Below are positions 52,185 through 64,000 of a stretch of DNA of 64,000 nt, one piece after another. The stretch is from Eledone cirrhosa. Its lineage: Eukaryota. Position 1 is the first letter of the stretch; every line of letters begins with the position of its first letter. A program made the translations under genes and the position numbers. Below the pieces are notes generated by a model, which saw only the letters and a program-made list of their open reading frames with translations, did not search any database and was not told the DNA's origin. Location: NCBI GenBank assembly GCA_964016885.1, contig OZ024743.1, positions 252,092,001 through 252,156,000 of the forward strand, in the 5' to 3' direction.

Positions 52185-53471
52185 GTGATGGTAGTGGTGG
52201 TGCTGGTTATGGTGGTGATGGTGTTGGTATTGGTGATGATGATGGTGGTGGTGATGATGATGGTAGAGGTGCTGGTGTTGGGGGTAGTGTGGTGGTGGTG
52301 GTGCTCGTAATGGTGATGGTGCTGGTGCTGGTGGTACTGGTAATGGTGGTGGTGGTGGTGCTGGTGATGGTGGTGGTGGTGGTGCTTGTGAAGGGGGTGC
52401 TAGTATTGGTGATGATGATGGTGGTGCTGATGGTGGTGGTACTGGTAATGGTGGTGGTGGTGGTGGAGGTGGTGCTGGTAGTGGTGATGGTGGTGGTGCT
52501 GGTAATGATGATGGTGCTGGTGCTGGTGATGGTGCTGGTATTGGTGATGGTGGTGGTGCTGGTGATAGTGGTGATTGTGATGTTTGTGGTGCTGGTAATG
52601 GTGGTGGTGCTGGTGCTGGTGCTGGTAGTGGTGATGGTGGTGGTGGTGGTGGTGGTTCTGATGGTTTCAGTGGTGGTTATGGTGGTGGCAGTAGATGGGG
52701 GTGGTTGTGGTGAAGGCAGTAGCAGTGGTGGTTGTATCAACAGTAGAAAAACAAAATCAATTAGAATAAGTATAGGTAGCAACAGGGGGTGAAAGGGATG
52801 TTTAAGATGGCGGGGGGGGGGGTAGCAAGGAGGAGGAGGATAAGAAGAAAGTGAAAGAGATAATGATGTGGTGGTGGTGGTGATGGTGGTGATTTTGCTG
52901 GTGGTGGTGATGTTGCTGGTGGTGGTGATGATGGTGGTGGTGGTGATGTTGGTGCTGGTGGTGTTAGTGTTGGTGGCGGTGGTGGTGATGGTGGTAGTGA
53001 TGTTGGTGTGGGGGTGGTGCTGGTGCTGGTGGTGGTGGTGTTGCTGGTGATGGTGATGATCTTGTTGTTGTTGTTGGTGGTAGTGGTGGTGATGTTGCTG
53101 GTGGTGGTGGTGATGATGTTGGTGGTGATGGTGGTGGTGGTGGTGGTGGTGGTGGTGGTGGTGTTGTTGCTGGTTGTGGCAGTAGTGGCAGTGGTCGCAG
53201 TGGTAATGGCAATAGCAGCAATCCTGGTGGTGGAGGCTGTACAAGAGGTGGCAGTGGTAGTGGTAGCAGTGTTAATGCTAATGGCAGCAATTCTGGTGGT
53301 GGTGGTGGTGATGATGGTAGTGGTAGTGGTGGTGGCGGTGGTGGTGGTGGCAGTGTTAATGCTAATGGCTGCAATGCTGGTGGTAGTGGCTGCGACTGCA
53401 GTAGTGCAAGAAGTAGTGGCAGTAGTGGTGGTGGTGGTAGCAGTAGCAGTTGTAGTAGCAGCAATGGTGGC

Positions 53472-53530
<59 letters not shown>
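52185..53530. repeat. 1.3-kb degenerate (GGT/GAT/GCT/AGT)n trinucleotide tract
   Basis: Low complexity; gives poly-V, -T, -P and -H ORFs in several frames. Confidence 0.9.
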
Positions 53531-54079
53531 AATCGACAGTATAGTAAAACAAAATAAAAATTACATAAAAATAAAAAAAAATCTCCATTCAGTTCAGAAA
53601 TTAACTGATTTTAGAAATCAGCAGCCTGGAATGCATTCAATGGGGGGGAAGGATTTCAGCAAAGGTTATTTCCTCACACGTAATATATAACAAACATAAC
53701 GAAACGTAAACTAACCTGCACAGGATTTCTTTGTATCTACTTCAGTAACTTTTTTATTCTTTTATATAAATGAATTTTTTTTTATTTAAAAATAAAAGAA
53801 GTTTACAATTCATCAACGTTTGCATATTAAGAAACCCCCCAAAAAATCAACAAAGAAAAAAAACAAAAAGGTAAGAATGAAAAAATAAAGATTAAAAATA
53901 TTCAGTAACTATTTATACACTCACCTTTCACCCTCACCTGTTTTTCATCACCTTTTCTCTTTTATATGTTTTATTTGTTTATTTTTTGTGTGAGGTATTT
54001 GGATTTCTAATCAAGTTTAACATAAAAAAAGGCATTTAATTAAATAGTGCGTAAAGAACAGCAGAAGAAGTAAATGTAC

Positions 54080-55265
54080 TACTACACACATGCACACACA
54101 GAGCCATATATACACATTCCTATACGCAGCCAGCAGCCACACATACACACACACAGCCACACATACACATTCACACACACAGCTAAAAATAAACATTCAT
54201 ATACACACATACAGTCATTGATACACATTCATATATTCAGGCACACACACACACACATTCACACACTCACAGTCACACATACAATAACAGCCATACATAC
54301 ACAACCACACATAAGCTCACTCAATGAAAGTTATGCATACACATTCACGCATACAATCACAGCCATTCATATACATACACACAATCAAAGCTATACATAC
54401 ACATTCACACATATAGCTACAGCGACACGCACACAACTATAGCTATACATGCACATACACACAACCACATACAACTCACATAATCACAGCTATACATACA
54501 CATTCACACACACACAGCCACACCCACAGACTCACATACACAACTACAGCCATACATATACATACATACCTACAACCACATGCAAGTTCACACCACACAA
54601 TCACAGCTATACACAAACACACATGGGCTTACATTTACACACACACAGACTTACACAACCGCAGCCTTACACATACACACCCTCTCTCTCTCTCTTGCAC
54701 ACACAATCACATGTACACACAGCTATACACATACACTCACATACATGACCATAGCTATACATGTGCACACACATGCACTCAAGCTTACACACATACATAC
54801 ACTGAAGAGCATATACGGAGACACATTTCTACATCAAATATGCACACACTCATACAACTACATCTATACATACATATAAGCTTATATATACACACATCCA
54901 CAGCTATACACACATACATGCCTACACACATATGCACTCACTCACAACTAAAGCTGCAGTCACACATACAAGTACACACCCAAGTTTCCTTACATGCGCA
55001 CAGTGATGAGCATATATACAAATACATACACAATTGTCCATATCAGATTCATGTATACACACACACATTCACACACATGCACAATCACACACTCACACAT
55101 ACATAAGCTCAGTTATTAACATATACAGATATAAACACACATGTTTATACCTCAGATATGCTTACAAGTAACCACCCACACACAAACAATATTACAGATA
55201 CACACACACAACAGATACACACACACACACATATACACACACAGGCACATATACAAACACACATT
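54080..55265. repeat. Degenerate (CA)-rich low-complexity tract
   Basis: His/Thr-rich ORFs in all plus frames. Confidence 0.85.
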
Positions 55266-55719
55266 CAAAACCACAAGTAAAATGATAATTAGAATGTAAT
55301 CAAGCAAACCATATTTAGCTTCACTTTATAAAGTAATTCAGCAAACCAGGCACTGTCAAATTTCAAAATCTGAGGTAGTAGGTTTAAGCCCTGGTAGTTT
55401 TTAAGCCTGGTAGTTCCTGTATTATTTATGGCTTCTAGGGACAGATCTTCATTGCCTATAGTAACATTTTGGAATATACATATATATATATTGTTTTCAA
55501 ATAAAATAGCTTTTATTTCATGTTAAATGCTTTTTTACATATGCATAAATAAATGAAAATAAAAAGAGAAGAAAAAATGTAAATTGTGAAAGATGTGGAG
55601 GTGTAAACATGGTTGTATGGCTAAGAAGTTTGTTTTGGCACCAGATGGTTTCAGGTTCAGTCCCACTGCATGGCATCTCGGGCTAATATTTTCAACATTC
55701 TGCCTTCTATCACTTGTGA

Positions 55720-56560
55720 GCACAGCCCTGAGATACTTGAACTTCTCTACCTATTTCATTGGGACTTTATTCACATATAGAGTTTACTGGGCAGGCTTCC
55801 TAAAGAGGACGAGTTTCTCAGTTTTCGAGACACTGACTTTTATTCCAGCCATCCAGCACTCGGCAACAAACCTATTGAGTACAAGTTGGAGATCACCTTA
55901 TGTTGAGTTAAATAACACCATGTCATCTGCAAATTCAACCCACCTGATTCTATGCCCGCCAGTCATGATACCTCTTTCAAACCAGCTACGCATGTGAATA
56001 CTGTTCATGAAAACAATGAACAGGAGAGATAACAGTATGCTCCCTTGGCAGAATTCAATTCCCACATTGAATGGTTTGAATTTAGCACAATTTATACAAA
56101 CACAAATACTGAGGCATTCATATAGAGTCATCAGGGCAACAAGAAGCTGACCGTCGATTCCATAGTCCCGTACAACCTTCCACAGCAGGTCTTGAAGGAT
56201 GCAGTCATATTCCTTTTCGAGGATTACAAACAAGTATACACCTCTCTGCAATACTCCTAATATTTCTCAATAAACTGCTGCAGTGTGAATATTTGGTCGG
56301 CTGTGCTATGTCCGGGGTGACATTTGCACTGTTCATCAGCTAGCATGGATTCGACAATCTCCCTGCATCTCTTGACCAGACATTTAGCATAGACTTTACA
56401 GGAGAAGCTTAACAAGGAGGTCCCTCTGTAATTGGAAATATTTCTCTTGTCTCCTTGAAAATTGGGATTATCACTCCCGATTGCCATTGCTTAGGTGTTT
56501 TTCCAGATATCCAGGCCACCCAGCACACACGAGTCAGCTAGAGAATGCCTTTTCTATTTA
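55720..56560 (-). mobile_element. Degenerate RTE (Expander/Rex3-like) RT fragment
   Basis: GDKRNISNYRGTSLLS..EQC..STADQIFTLQQ, LEKEYD, QGSILLSLLFIVFM and FADDMVL. Confidence 0.85.
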
Positions 56561-57432
56561 AGGCTATAAACAAAGTTGATTGCTATAAATAATTTCCACA
56601 TTTTCTTAGAATTTCAATCTATTCAATGCTCTGATAGTGCATTTTCGAAAACTGGGAATAATACTTTATTCATGTAGCAACTAAAAAAAAAACTGAATCT
56701 AGTCTAATCCTGTTACACAGGTTTAGTGCTTGGGTGGGGATTTCAGAACATTCTGAGCAGGTACTCTAATTTGTAAAAATGGTCCACCATTAAAAAGTAA
56801 GAGGAGAGTGCCCTCTAGAGCTCCCCATAGATCACAGGCCCAGCTGCAGGAGGCAGGGCAAAGAGACTTACTATTACTACTAAGGTTAACCAACAGTACT
56901 TTGAGAATGTATGGTAGGCTTACCAGTTAGGTAATGTTAATAGAAAAATTCATGAATATCAGCTCCTCCAAATAAATACATGTATATAGTGTTACCTCAT
57001 AATTTTTTATATAAAAATGTTATCACAAAACCTTGAGTATATACGGTCATTCAAATTGTTGCCTGCATTGGGTTTGATGGTATATATATATAGATAGATA
57101 GATAGATAGATAGAGAGAGAGAGGGGGAGAGCAATAGAAGAAGGACAGTGATAGCTACATGCTGTTTCATGATTATAAATGTTTGAAGAGAAATTATTAA
57201 ATATTTTTCTCATCAGTTTAGCTAAGTAATTAATTTTGTCATCCTTCTAATTTTCATTTAATTTTTTTACCATCTATATATTTTTTTCTTTTCTTACCCT
57301 CAACCCAGAAAAAATTAATTAATTCCACACACACACACACAAATCTGTTGACATCGTTTCAAATACAAGGTAATTAATTTTTTTATAATTAATTTTTCTG
57401 TTACTTGTATATATATATATATATATATTGTT

Positions 57433-57480
<48 letters not shown>

Positions 57481-58389
57481 AACAAAATTTTTACCTGTAT
57501 GATAAGGTAAAACAAACAAACAAAAATGATGTATTAAGGATAAATTCTTTAGTGACAATTTTGCTGATAAATATTTTGAATTAAAAAAAAATGCAACAAA
57601 ACAAAAGTATCTTTTTTTACCCAGAATAAATGTCAGTAAAGAAATTTGTTATAATCATTGATTCTTCTCCTCATCAACACCTCTCTAAATTTCAGATTTA
57701 TTTCTATCCTTTGCCATGCCTTCCATCAATGTCAACCACCATCATTTCATTAGTAGGTTAGACTAATAAAATAATATATTTTTTTAATTATTATTTCTAA
57801 TTATTATTACTTTATGTAATTTTTTATATAATCATATATATTTTCTTTTTTGCAATTTGCAATTAGTCGTGGAAGAGACATGAAAATTGAAATAAAAAGA
57901 TAAGGAAAAAATAGAAATAGTTTTAATGTAATATTCTAGTGTTATAAATCTGTTTTTTAATTAGATTCATGGTGGCTACTATGATTAATTTATTAATGAC
58001 AGTTGCTTTTCCTATTTTTTTTTATATTTCAATCTTTAACCCTTTTCGTTACTATATTTCTAATGAAATACAGTATCTAGGATTTTCAAATCATTTGAAA
58101 ACCTTGAAGAATTTTGCCTAGATGAATTAGCTATTGACTCAGTGAAATCTGAGTACCAGTCAACCAAGATACATATAATAATTGTTTCTACTTTTGGCAC
58201 AAGGCCAACAATTACCCAGTGCATTACTGGTACTTTATTTTATCGACCCTGTAAGGATGAAAGGCAAAGTTAACCTCGGCGGGATTTGAACTCAGAATGG
58301 CAAGGGCCATAACTCTACGCGTCAAAGCATGGCGTCCGACCCTCTACTGATACTGCCAATCCATCGCCCTAAGATACATATAATAATAA

Positions 58390-59460
58390 TAAAAATGTTA
58401 CTGAACAAAAAAGAAAAATGCATAGAAAGACTAGGAAGCTAATGACTACATACAGCATGTTCCACAAGAGGAGTGATGTTGATAGACTCTACTTAAAGAG
58501 ATCTAAAGGCGGAAGAAGTCTTATCTGCGAAGAAGACTATGTTCAGATGAAGAAGAACTGTCTACTCAAATATGTCTGAGAGTAGTGACCCAATGCTCAA
58601 AGTTGTACTGAGGAAGAAGACAATAGACTAGGGGATGTCCAAGAAGGAAGTTACAACAAAGAGGAAAGCAACCTAAATGAACAAGCCCTTCATAGCACCT
58701 TTTTTAAGAAAACAGAATTCAGAAATGGAGCTGGTTAAAAAAAGGAGACCTTAAAAAGCCTACAGAGGCAATGCTACTGGTTGCACAAGAGCAAGCCCTT
58801 AGAACGAAGTGGGTGAAAGACCATATTGACAAGGAGGGAGCCAGCCCACTCTGTAGGATCTGTGTAGACAAAGAGAGGAAACAGTGGCTCACATTCTATC
58901 TGAGTGAAAACATCTAGCCCAGACTCACTATAAAGGATGGAGGCATGATATAATAGGAAAAGTGATTCACTGTCATTTATGCAAACTAAATAATTTACTA
59001 CATTCTGAGAAGTGGGATGAGCATAAGCCAGAGTCAGTGATAGAAAGTGATCAAGTGAAGGTACTATAGGATTTCAGGATACAGACAGACAAGAAATTAG
59101 ATAAGCCTGACCTGGTGGTTTTTGACAAGGAAAAAAACATCATGCCTGATTGTAGATGTAGCCTGTCCCTTTGACACAAGAAAAGGAAAATGAGAAAATT
59201 AACTGATAACCAGGATTTAAAGTGGGAATTAAAATTGATTTTGGATTGTCATGAGATCAAGTTGTCCTAATTGTCCTGGTTAAAGAACATTTGTCCAGAC
59301 CCCTTTTTTGGAACACTTCAAAGGGTGTGCTTGCTGGGAACAGCAAGAATGCTCTGATACAGCCTAAATATCTGAGGCTGCATGTAACAGCTTGATGTTC
59401 CTTGAACAAACTTTCCAGTTAAATAACATCAATGACTGAAACTCCAAGTAAATAATAATA
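58390..59460 (+). mobile_element. Second 5'-truncated Dong-like copy
   Basis: Homologous to 41930-43025; begins after taataataat and ends in aataataat. Confidence 0.9.
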
Positions 59461-59769
59461 AAAATGATTTTTACTATAGGCATACGGTCAACATTTTGAA
59501 GGGAAAAGGATAAAGTTGATTAAATCGACACCAGTGCATTACTGGTGCTAATAATAATATTACACAATATTATGCAAGGATACTATCATATTTCATACTA
59601 GATGCAGATTATTTATTTGAGAAAGTATATCTCTACATCTGTACATACATTTTCAGACTTGCACATATGTGTGTGCAAGACTATATATAACATAAAGAGC
59701 CAGAAAAAATACTTAAGTATTTGTCCAATGCTCTAACAATCCCTCCAATCCATTACCTTAACCAGTTAC

Positions 59770-60150
59770 ACTATAATAATACTTGCAATCCAAAGGGCCA
59801 GCCTTATCCTCTATTGTGTCATTCTGAATCTGCCAGAGAATTATATTTAAACTAGACACATTTGCGGAATACTCTGTCACACTATAGGATCAATTGTATC
59901 TGTAATTTAAAGGTTTAATCTTGTCATATACTGTGTCATGCTGAATCTCTCTCAATCTCTGAATTATATTAAAAGTACACATCCGTGGAATACTTTGCCA
60001 CTTACACTATAAGATCGACTGTAATTGTAATTCAAATGTCCAGCCATGTCACACAGTTTCACATTGTATCCTTCTGAGAATTTGATTAAGGGATTGCATG
60101 TCTCTGAATTGCTCAAGTACTTTCATGTTAATTTTGTAAGCAGATTGCTC
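59770..60150 (+). repeat. Diverged ~120-bp tandem repeat, about 3 units
   Basis: Recurring tgtgtcatgctgaatct..gaattatatt..gtggaatact; a related piece lies at 12470-12530. Confidence 0.6.
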
Positions 60151-60599
60151 AAACAATTTAGACACACATCATCAAAACTGATGGAGATCCATTCCACATG
60201 CTTTGAAATCTTTAACCCTTTCTTTACTATAATTCTAATGAAAGCCATTGCCTATCATTATCAAATAATTTTGAAAATAACTGAGAAATTGGAGAAGTTT
60301 AATAAAAAATTTACTGGTAACCTAAGGAAGGTTCTAACAATATATTTTGACAGAAGGTTTTTAGGTAAATATAAACACTTTAACCCTTTTTTTAGCATAT
60401 CACTAATGAAAAACATTGTGTATGATTTTCAAATAATTTTGAATGATTTAATAAAACAATCTTTTCATTATTTAGTTGGCCTTTGGAACATAAATGAACA
60501 AAGTTTCATACATAAAATTATAAGGGAATATTATTTCATATACCCAGCCATAGAAACCTGCCAAATAAAGGATTGGGAAATTTTCAGCAATGCCTGGGT

Positions 60600-61080
60600 G
60601 CTTACTTCAGGCTTCTAGCCCACCTGAAGGTCTGCTTGAGTAATGACCAGTCTGTGATGATATGTCCAACTCATGCTAGCCGGGAAAACAGGCATTAAAT
60701 GACGATGACAGTGGTATAAGTACTTTAAAATTAAAAGATTAAAATATCATAGAACTAGGGGCAGATTCAGGTGGTTTGGTACAAAAGAATGTTAACAGAT
60801 AAATGGTCAGGGAAATTCTTCAGCTATGTCAAAGACTTCCCTAACATTGGTACCACAATAAAATGCATTCAATAGAATGTGGAATCTTACGCCAGGCCTC
60901 TGGCTCACCTGAAGGTCAGAGGCTCTGTTGAGTAATAACTATTCTGTGATTACATGTCCAATCCTTACTAGCAGGGAAAACAGGCATTAAAAAATGATGA
61001 TGATGATGATATAAAGACTTTAAGATTAACAGATTAAAATATCATAGAAATATGGGTAGTTTCAGGTGGTTTGGTATCAA
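60600..61080 (+). repeat. Old ~290-bp-period duplication including an RTE-type tail and its flank
   Basis: cacctgaaggtc...gggaaaacaggcattaaa...agattaaaatatcatagaa...ttcaggtggtttggta occurs at 60620-60781 and 60906-61077. Confidence 0.7.
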
Positions 61081-61382
61081 GTTAACAAGCAATAGAATCA
61101 AATATTCAGTTGACAAAAATACCAAACAGAAACGAAATCTACCAAAGTTGGTTTAAATCTTATTTCAAACATTTCTTTAGTCCTTTCGTTAATAATGAGG
61201 TATTTTCGGCATGAATCTGGTGAATTGGCCAATGTTTATAGCCAGTTCTTTGTAATTCTGAATGTGAAGCACTTAATAAACATTGCAGGTCCTCCATTTT
61301 TAGTTTTGTTTTAATTACAAAATGCAATCCTACTGATTGCTTCATGGCATTTATAATTAGTGAAACAGCAATAACAGCAGCA

Positions 61383-61439
<57 letters not shown>

Positions 61440-62029
61440 CCTTGCTGTCTATTTCATCACCTCTCTCCTCCTTTCTGTTGCCTCTCTCTCTCCTTCTTTC
61501 TGTCACCTTCTCCCCTCCCCTCTCTTTCTCCTTTGTCATGATACAACTGAAGGATAATTTTCCAATATTGAAATTACCGCCATTAATCTGGCAGAGAAGG
61601 AAAGAAGGATATATGGATGCAACCATAAAATAATGTAATGTAGTTAAAGGCTGGTGCCACAATAAATTTCACCTAGTCCACACTGTAAAGTGATAGTGCT
61701 GATGTCACATTAAAATGCACCCAATATTATATGTATAGTTATAGTGCTGGTGCAACAATTACATGCACCCAGTACACTCTGTAACATCTTAGTGTCACTG
61801 TAGAATGTACCCAGCCCACAATGTAAAGTGGTGCTGATAGTTCAATGATGAGATTGTCCCAGGCCACTCCGTAATCTGTATATATATATATATGTGTGTA
61901 TGTGTGTGTATGTCTGTTTACAAGGTGGTAGCATTCATGTGTATACTTATATATACAAAGTGGTGGTGCTGGTGTGTGTATGTATGTATGTTTCTATCTA
62001 TCTATCTATCTCTTTATCTGCCTGACGCG

Positions 62030-64000
62030 TGGAATATCGCCGGTAAGATTTTTTGTAAATTTATATACGGAAAACAGAACAAATTGTTTGAAAAAACATA
62101 TCATTTTGTAGATTAACCCCCAAGCGGAATTGTCAGCTGGGTGGTAATCCCATTTTCGCCCCTTTAGCGGCGAATATTTAATTTAAAAATTGTTTTAAAA
62201 AATCAAATTTTGCCAACTATAAAACAGAAATAACTCGAAAAGAGCGCTAGAGAACGTCGACAGAGAGAAGAGAGGTAAAGAGGCAGATATTAGCGTTATA
62301 TCTGCTTCTGCTACTATGGACGTCGCCATAGATACGACTGTCAACAAAGAGAAAAAATATTACCACTTGAAGATTTTAAAATTTCTACCGTCGAAGCGGA
62401 GAAAAATAACACACAGCATACAGGAATTAAACCTATTAATATACATACACATGAAAAAGACAACAACAACAACTCCATAGATACATCTACACATAAAGTT
62501 TCACCTCGTCAAGAAATTGCAATTTCCAACACCGAGGCTAACAACGATAACAACAACAACAACTACAACAACAACAGCAACACCACACAAGAAAAAATGT
62601 CTTTCGCTGAAACTGAACAAAAAACAAGATTTTATAAATCTTGACATCGCCAACGCAAGAGATATGCTTCAGCAAGGGATAACATTTGTAACTTTCGAAG
62701 ACAAGGTTGGGTTTAGAATTAACTCACCCCTCGAAATAAAAGAAGAGACAGTTCGTAGGGCAGTGACCTCAGGACTGTCTCCAATACAACGAGAAAGTCG
62801 ATATTTGTTAGTCAAGGAGATATAGAAGCTACCTTGAAGGAACTTCTAGCAAATATTGACTTTCTCCAACGAGGAAAACAGTACGGAAGTGTTTCTGTAC
62901 TGTTTAAAAGTGAGGCACTTGCCCAAAAACATTTTGTGACACCAATGGTGTCAAAAGAATTCACCTTTTTCCCTACGTACATGGGAAAAAGGACACAAAA
63001 AATAAGAATAAAAAATATACCACCAAACATTAACATCTGGTGGATCTTGGCTGGCTTCGTAGAGCCAGCGACTGATATGATTCTTTCGATACGAAAGTTT
63101 ATTAGACAAAGGTGGGCGGGTACTGATTTGGAGATTCTGATGTAAATGAGAATCTCCAAAATACTCGAAAAAGTCGTCATCGACGACAACAACAAAATAA
63201 ACGTTTCGGTAGAAGGATGTAAATTTCAATGCTTTCGCTGTGGTAGCACAGCACACCTAAAATCCCATGTCCTTCACAAACACACCACAACAACATCATT
63301 AAAAACACACTATTACCAACACCAACACCAAAACAACCACCACCACAAGTACAACAACAGACGAAACGAGAAAACATCAAAACAAACAGCCACTCAACCA
63401 ACAACAACAGAAAAAACACAGACAACACCCATCCCACTCCATCAAACACTACCAAAAACACACACACCTAAACACTACCACCACACAACATATCCCTACC
63501 CCACACTCCTGACGATAATTATTCATCGACAGATGAGGCTGCTTCTCCTTCTTAAGTGAAGAAGAGGGAGAGCCTCGGAAATCTAAAAAACAAAAAAAGA
63601 GACACCACAAAACCCCCAAAACTCCAATCAACAACACACAACCACAGACACAAACAACAACACAAACAACACCACAGTCAAACATCACCCTACCAACAAA
63701 ACCAACAACAACACCACCCCAAACACAAGCACCCACCATAAAAAGAAAACTCCCGGACGAACAACAAACTAAAACAACACAACAAAAACACAAACAACAA
63801 TACGCATACATCAACACAAACAACAAGCGTCTGATGGATGTCATCTCTCAAAACCCCAAGGTGGAGACGGAGGGCAAAACTTTCGTCAAAGCAGAATCGT
63901 CTCCACACCTTAAACTTATAAGGGTTTCTATGGAAACCTATAGTGACCTAAAAAATAAACCCATCAACCACGTCCTGATAAAATGTTTCCCCACCCCACC
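62030..64000 (+). mobile_element. 5' part of an L1/Tx1-like LINE, frameshifted gag-like ORF1
   Basis: Consecutive pieces 62517-62825, 62834-63145 (QRGKQYGSVSVLF..TYMGKRTQKIRIKNIPP, RRM-like) and 63146 onward (CFRCGSTAHLKSH, degenerate zinc knuckle), then a T/Q/K-rich tail. No ORF2 lies within the window. Confidence 0.6.

Noticed and set aside
52207-53588. Long ORFs of 345, 275 and 178 aa resembling mucin or extensin
   Set aside because: Open in several frames on both strands because of trinucleotide low complexity; no domain or splice evidence.
54074-55106. His/Thr-rich ORFs, also at 14475-15059
   Set aside because: CA-rich low-complexity sequence.
57427-57485. ttgtttaaa-(TA)n-tttaaacaa palindrome
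   Set aside because: Only ~9 bp of unique arm around a self-complementary microsatellite; it could be chance or a local repair product.
60046-60618. 190-aa ORF
   Set aside because: It runs across a tandem repeat and two TTAA-MITE ends, with no recognisable domain.

Overview
This is AT-rich animal genomic DNA. The SINE/RTE repertoire and dense (TA)n, (CA)n and (ATT)n microsatellites suggest an octopod cephalopod (inference). I found no intact host gene, rRNA, tRNA or CRISPR array. The window is mostly transposon debris. It holds two RTE LINE subfamilies whose RT carries an inserted C4HC3 PHD finger, an Expander-like RTE, R4/Dong-like RLE retroposons sitting in (TAA)n, CR1-group and Tx1/L1-like remnants, a Penelope-like GIY-YIG fragment, a deleted Tc1/mariner, TTAA MITEs and several tRNA-derived SINE families. 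The most striking signal is a set of short non-coding elements from about seven unrelated sequence families. Most are fold-back (inverted duplications) embedded in (TA)n, and each carries a type I hammerhead ribozyme motif, some with non-canonical cores (U3:A8, U4C, branched stem II). One has a 318-nt tandem monomer resembling a non-LTR retrozyme (44.3-45.0 kb), and another is physically linked to the Penelope endonuclease fragment. All structures were read by eye, so coordinates are approximate to a few bases and ribozyme activity is untested.
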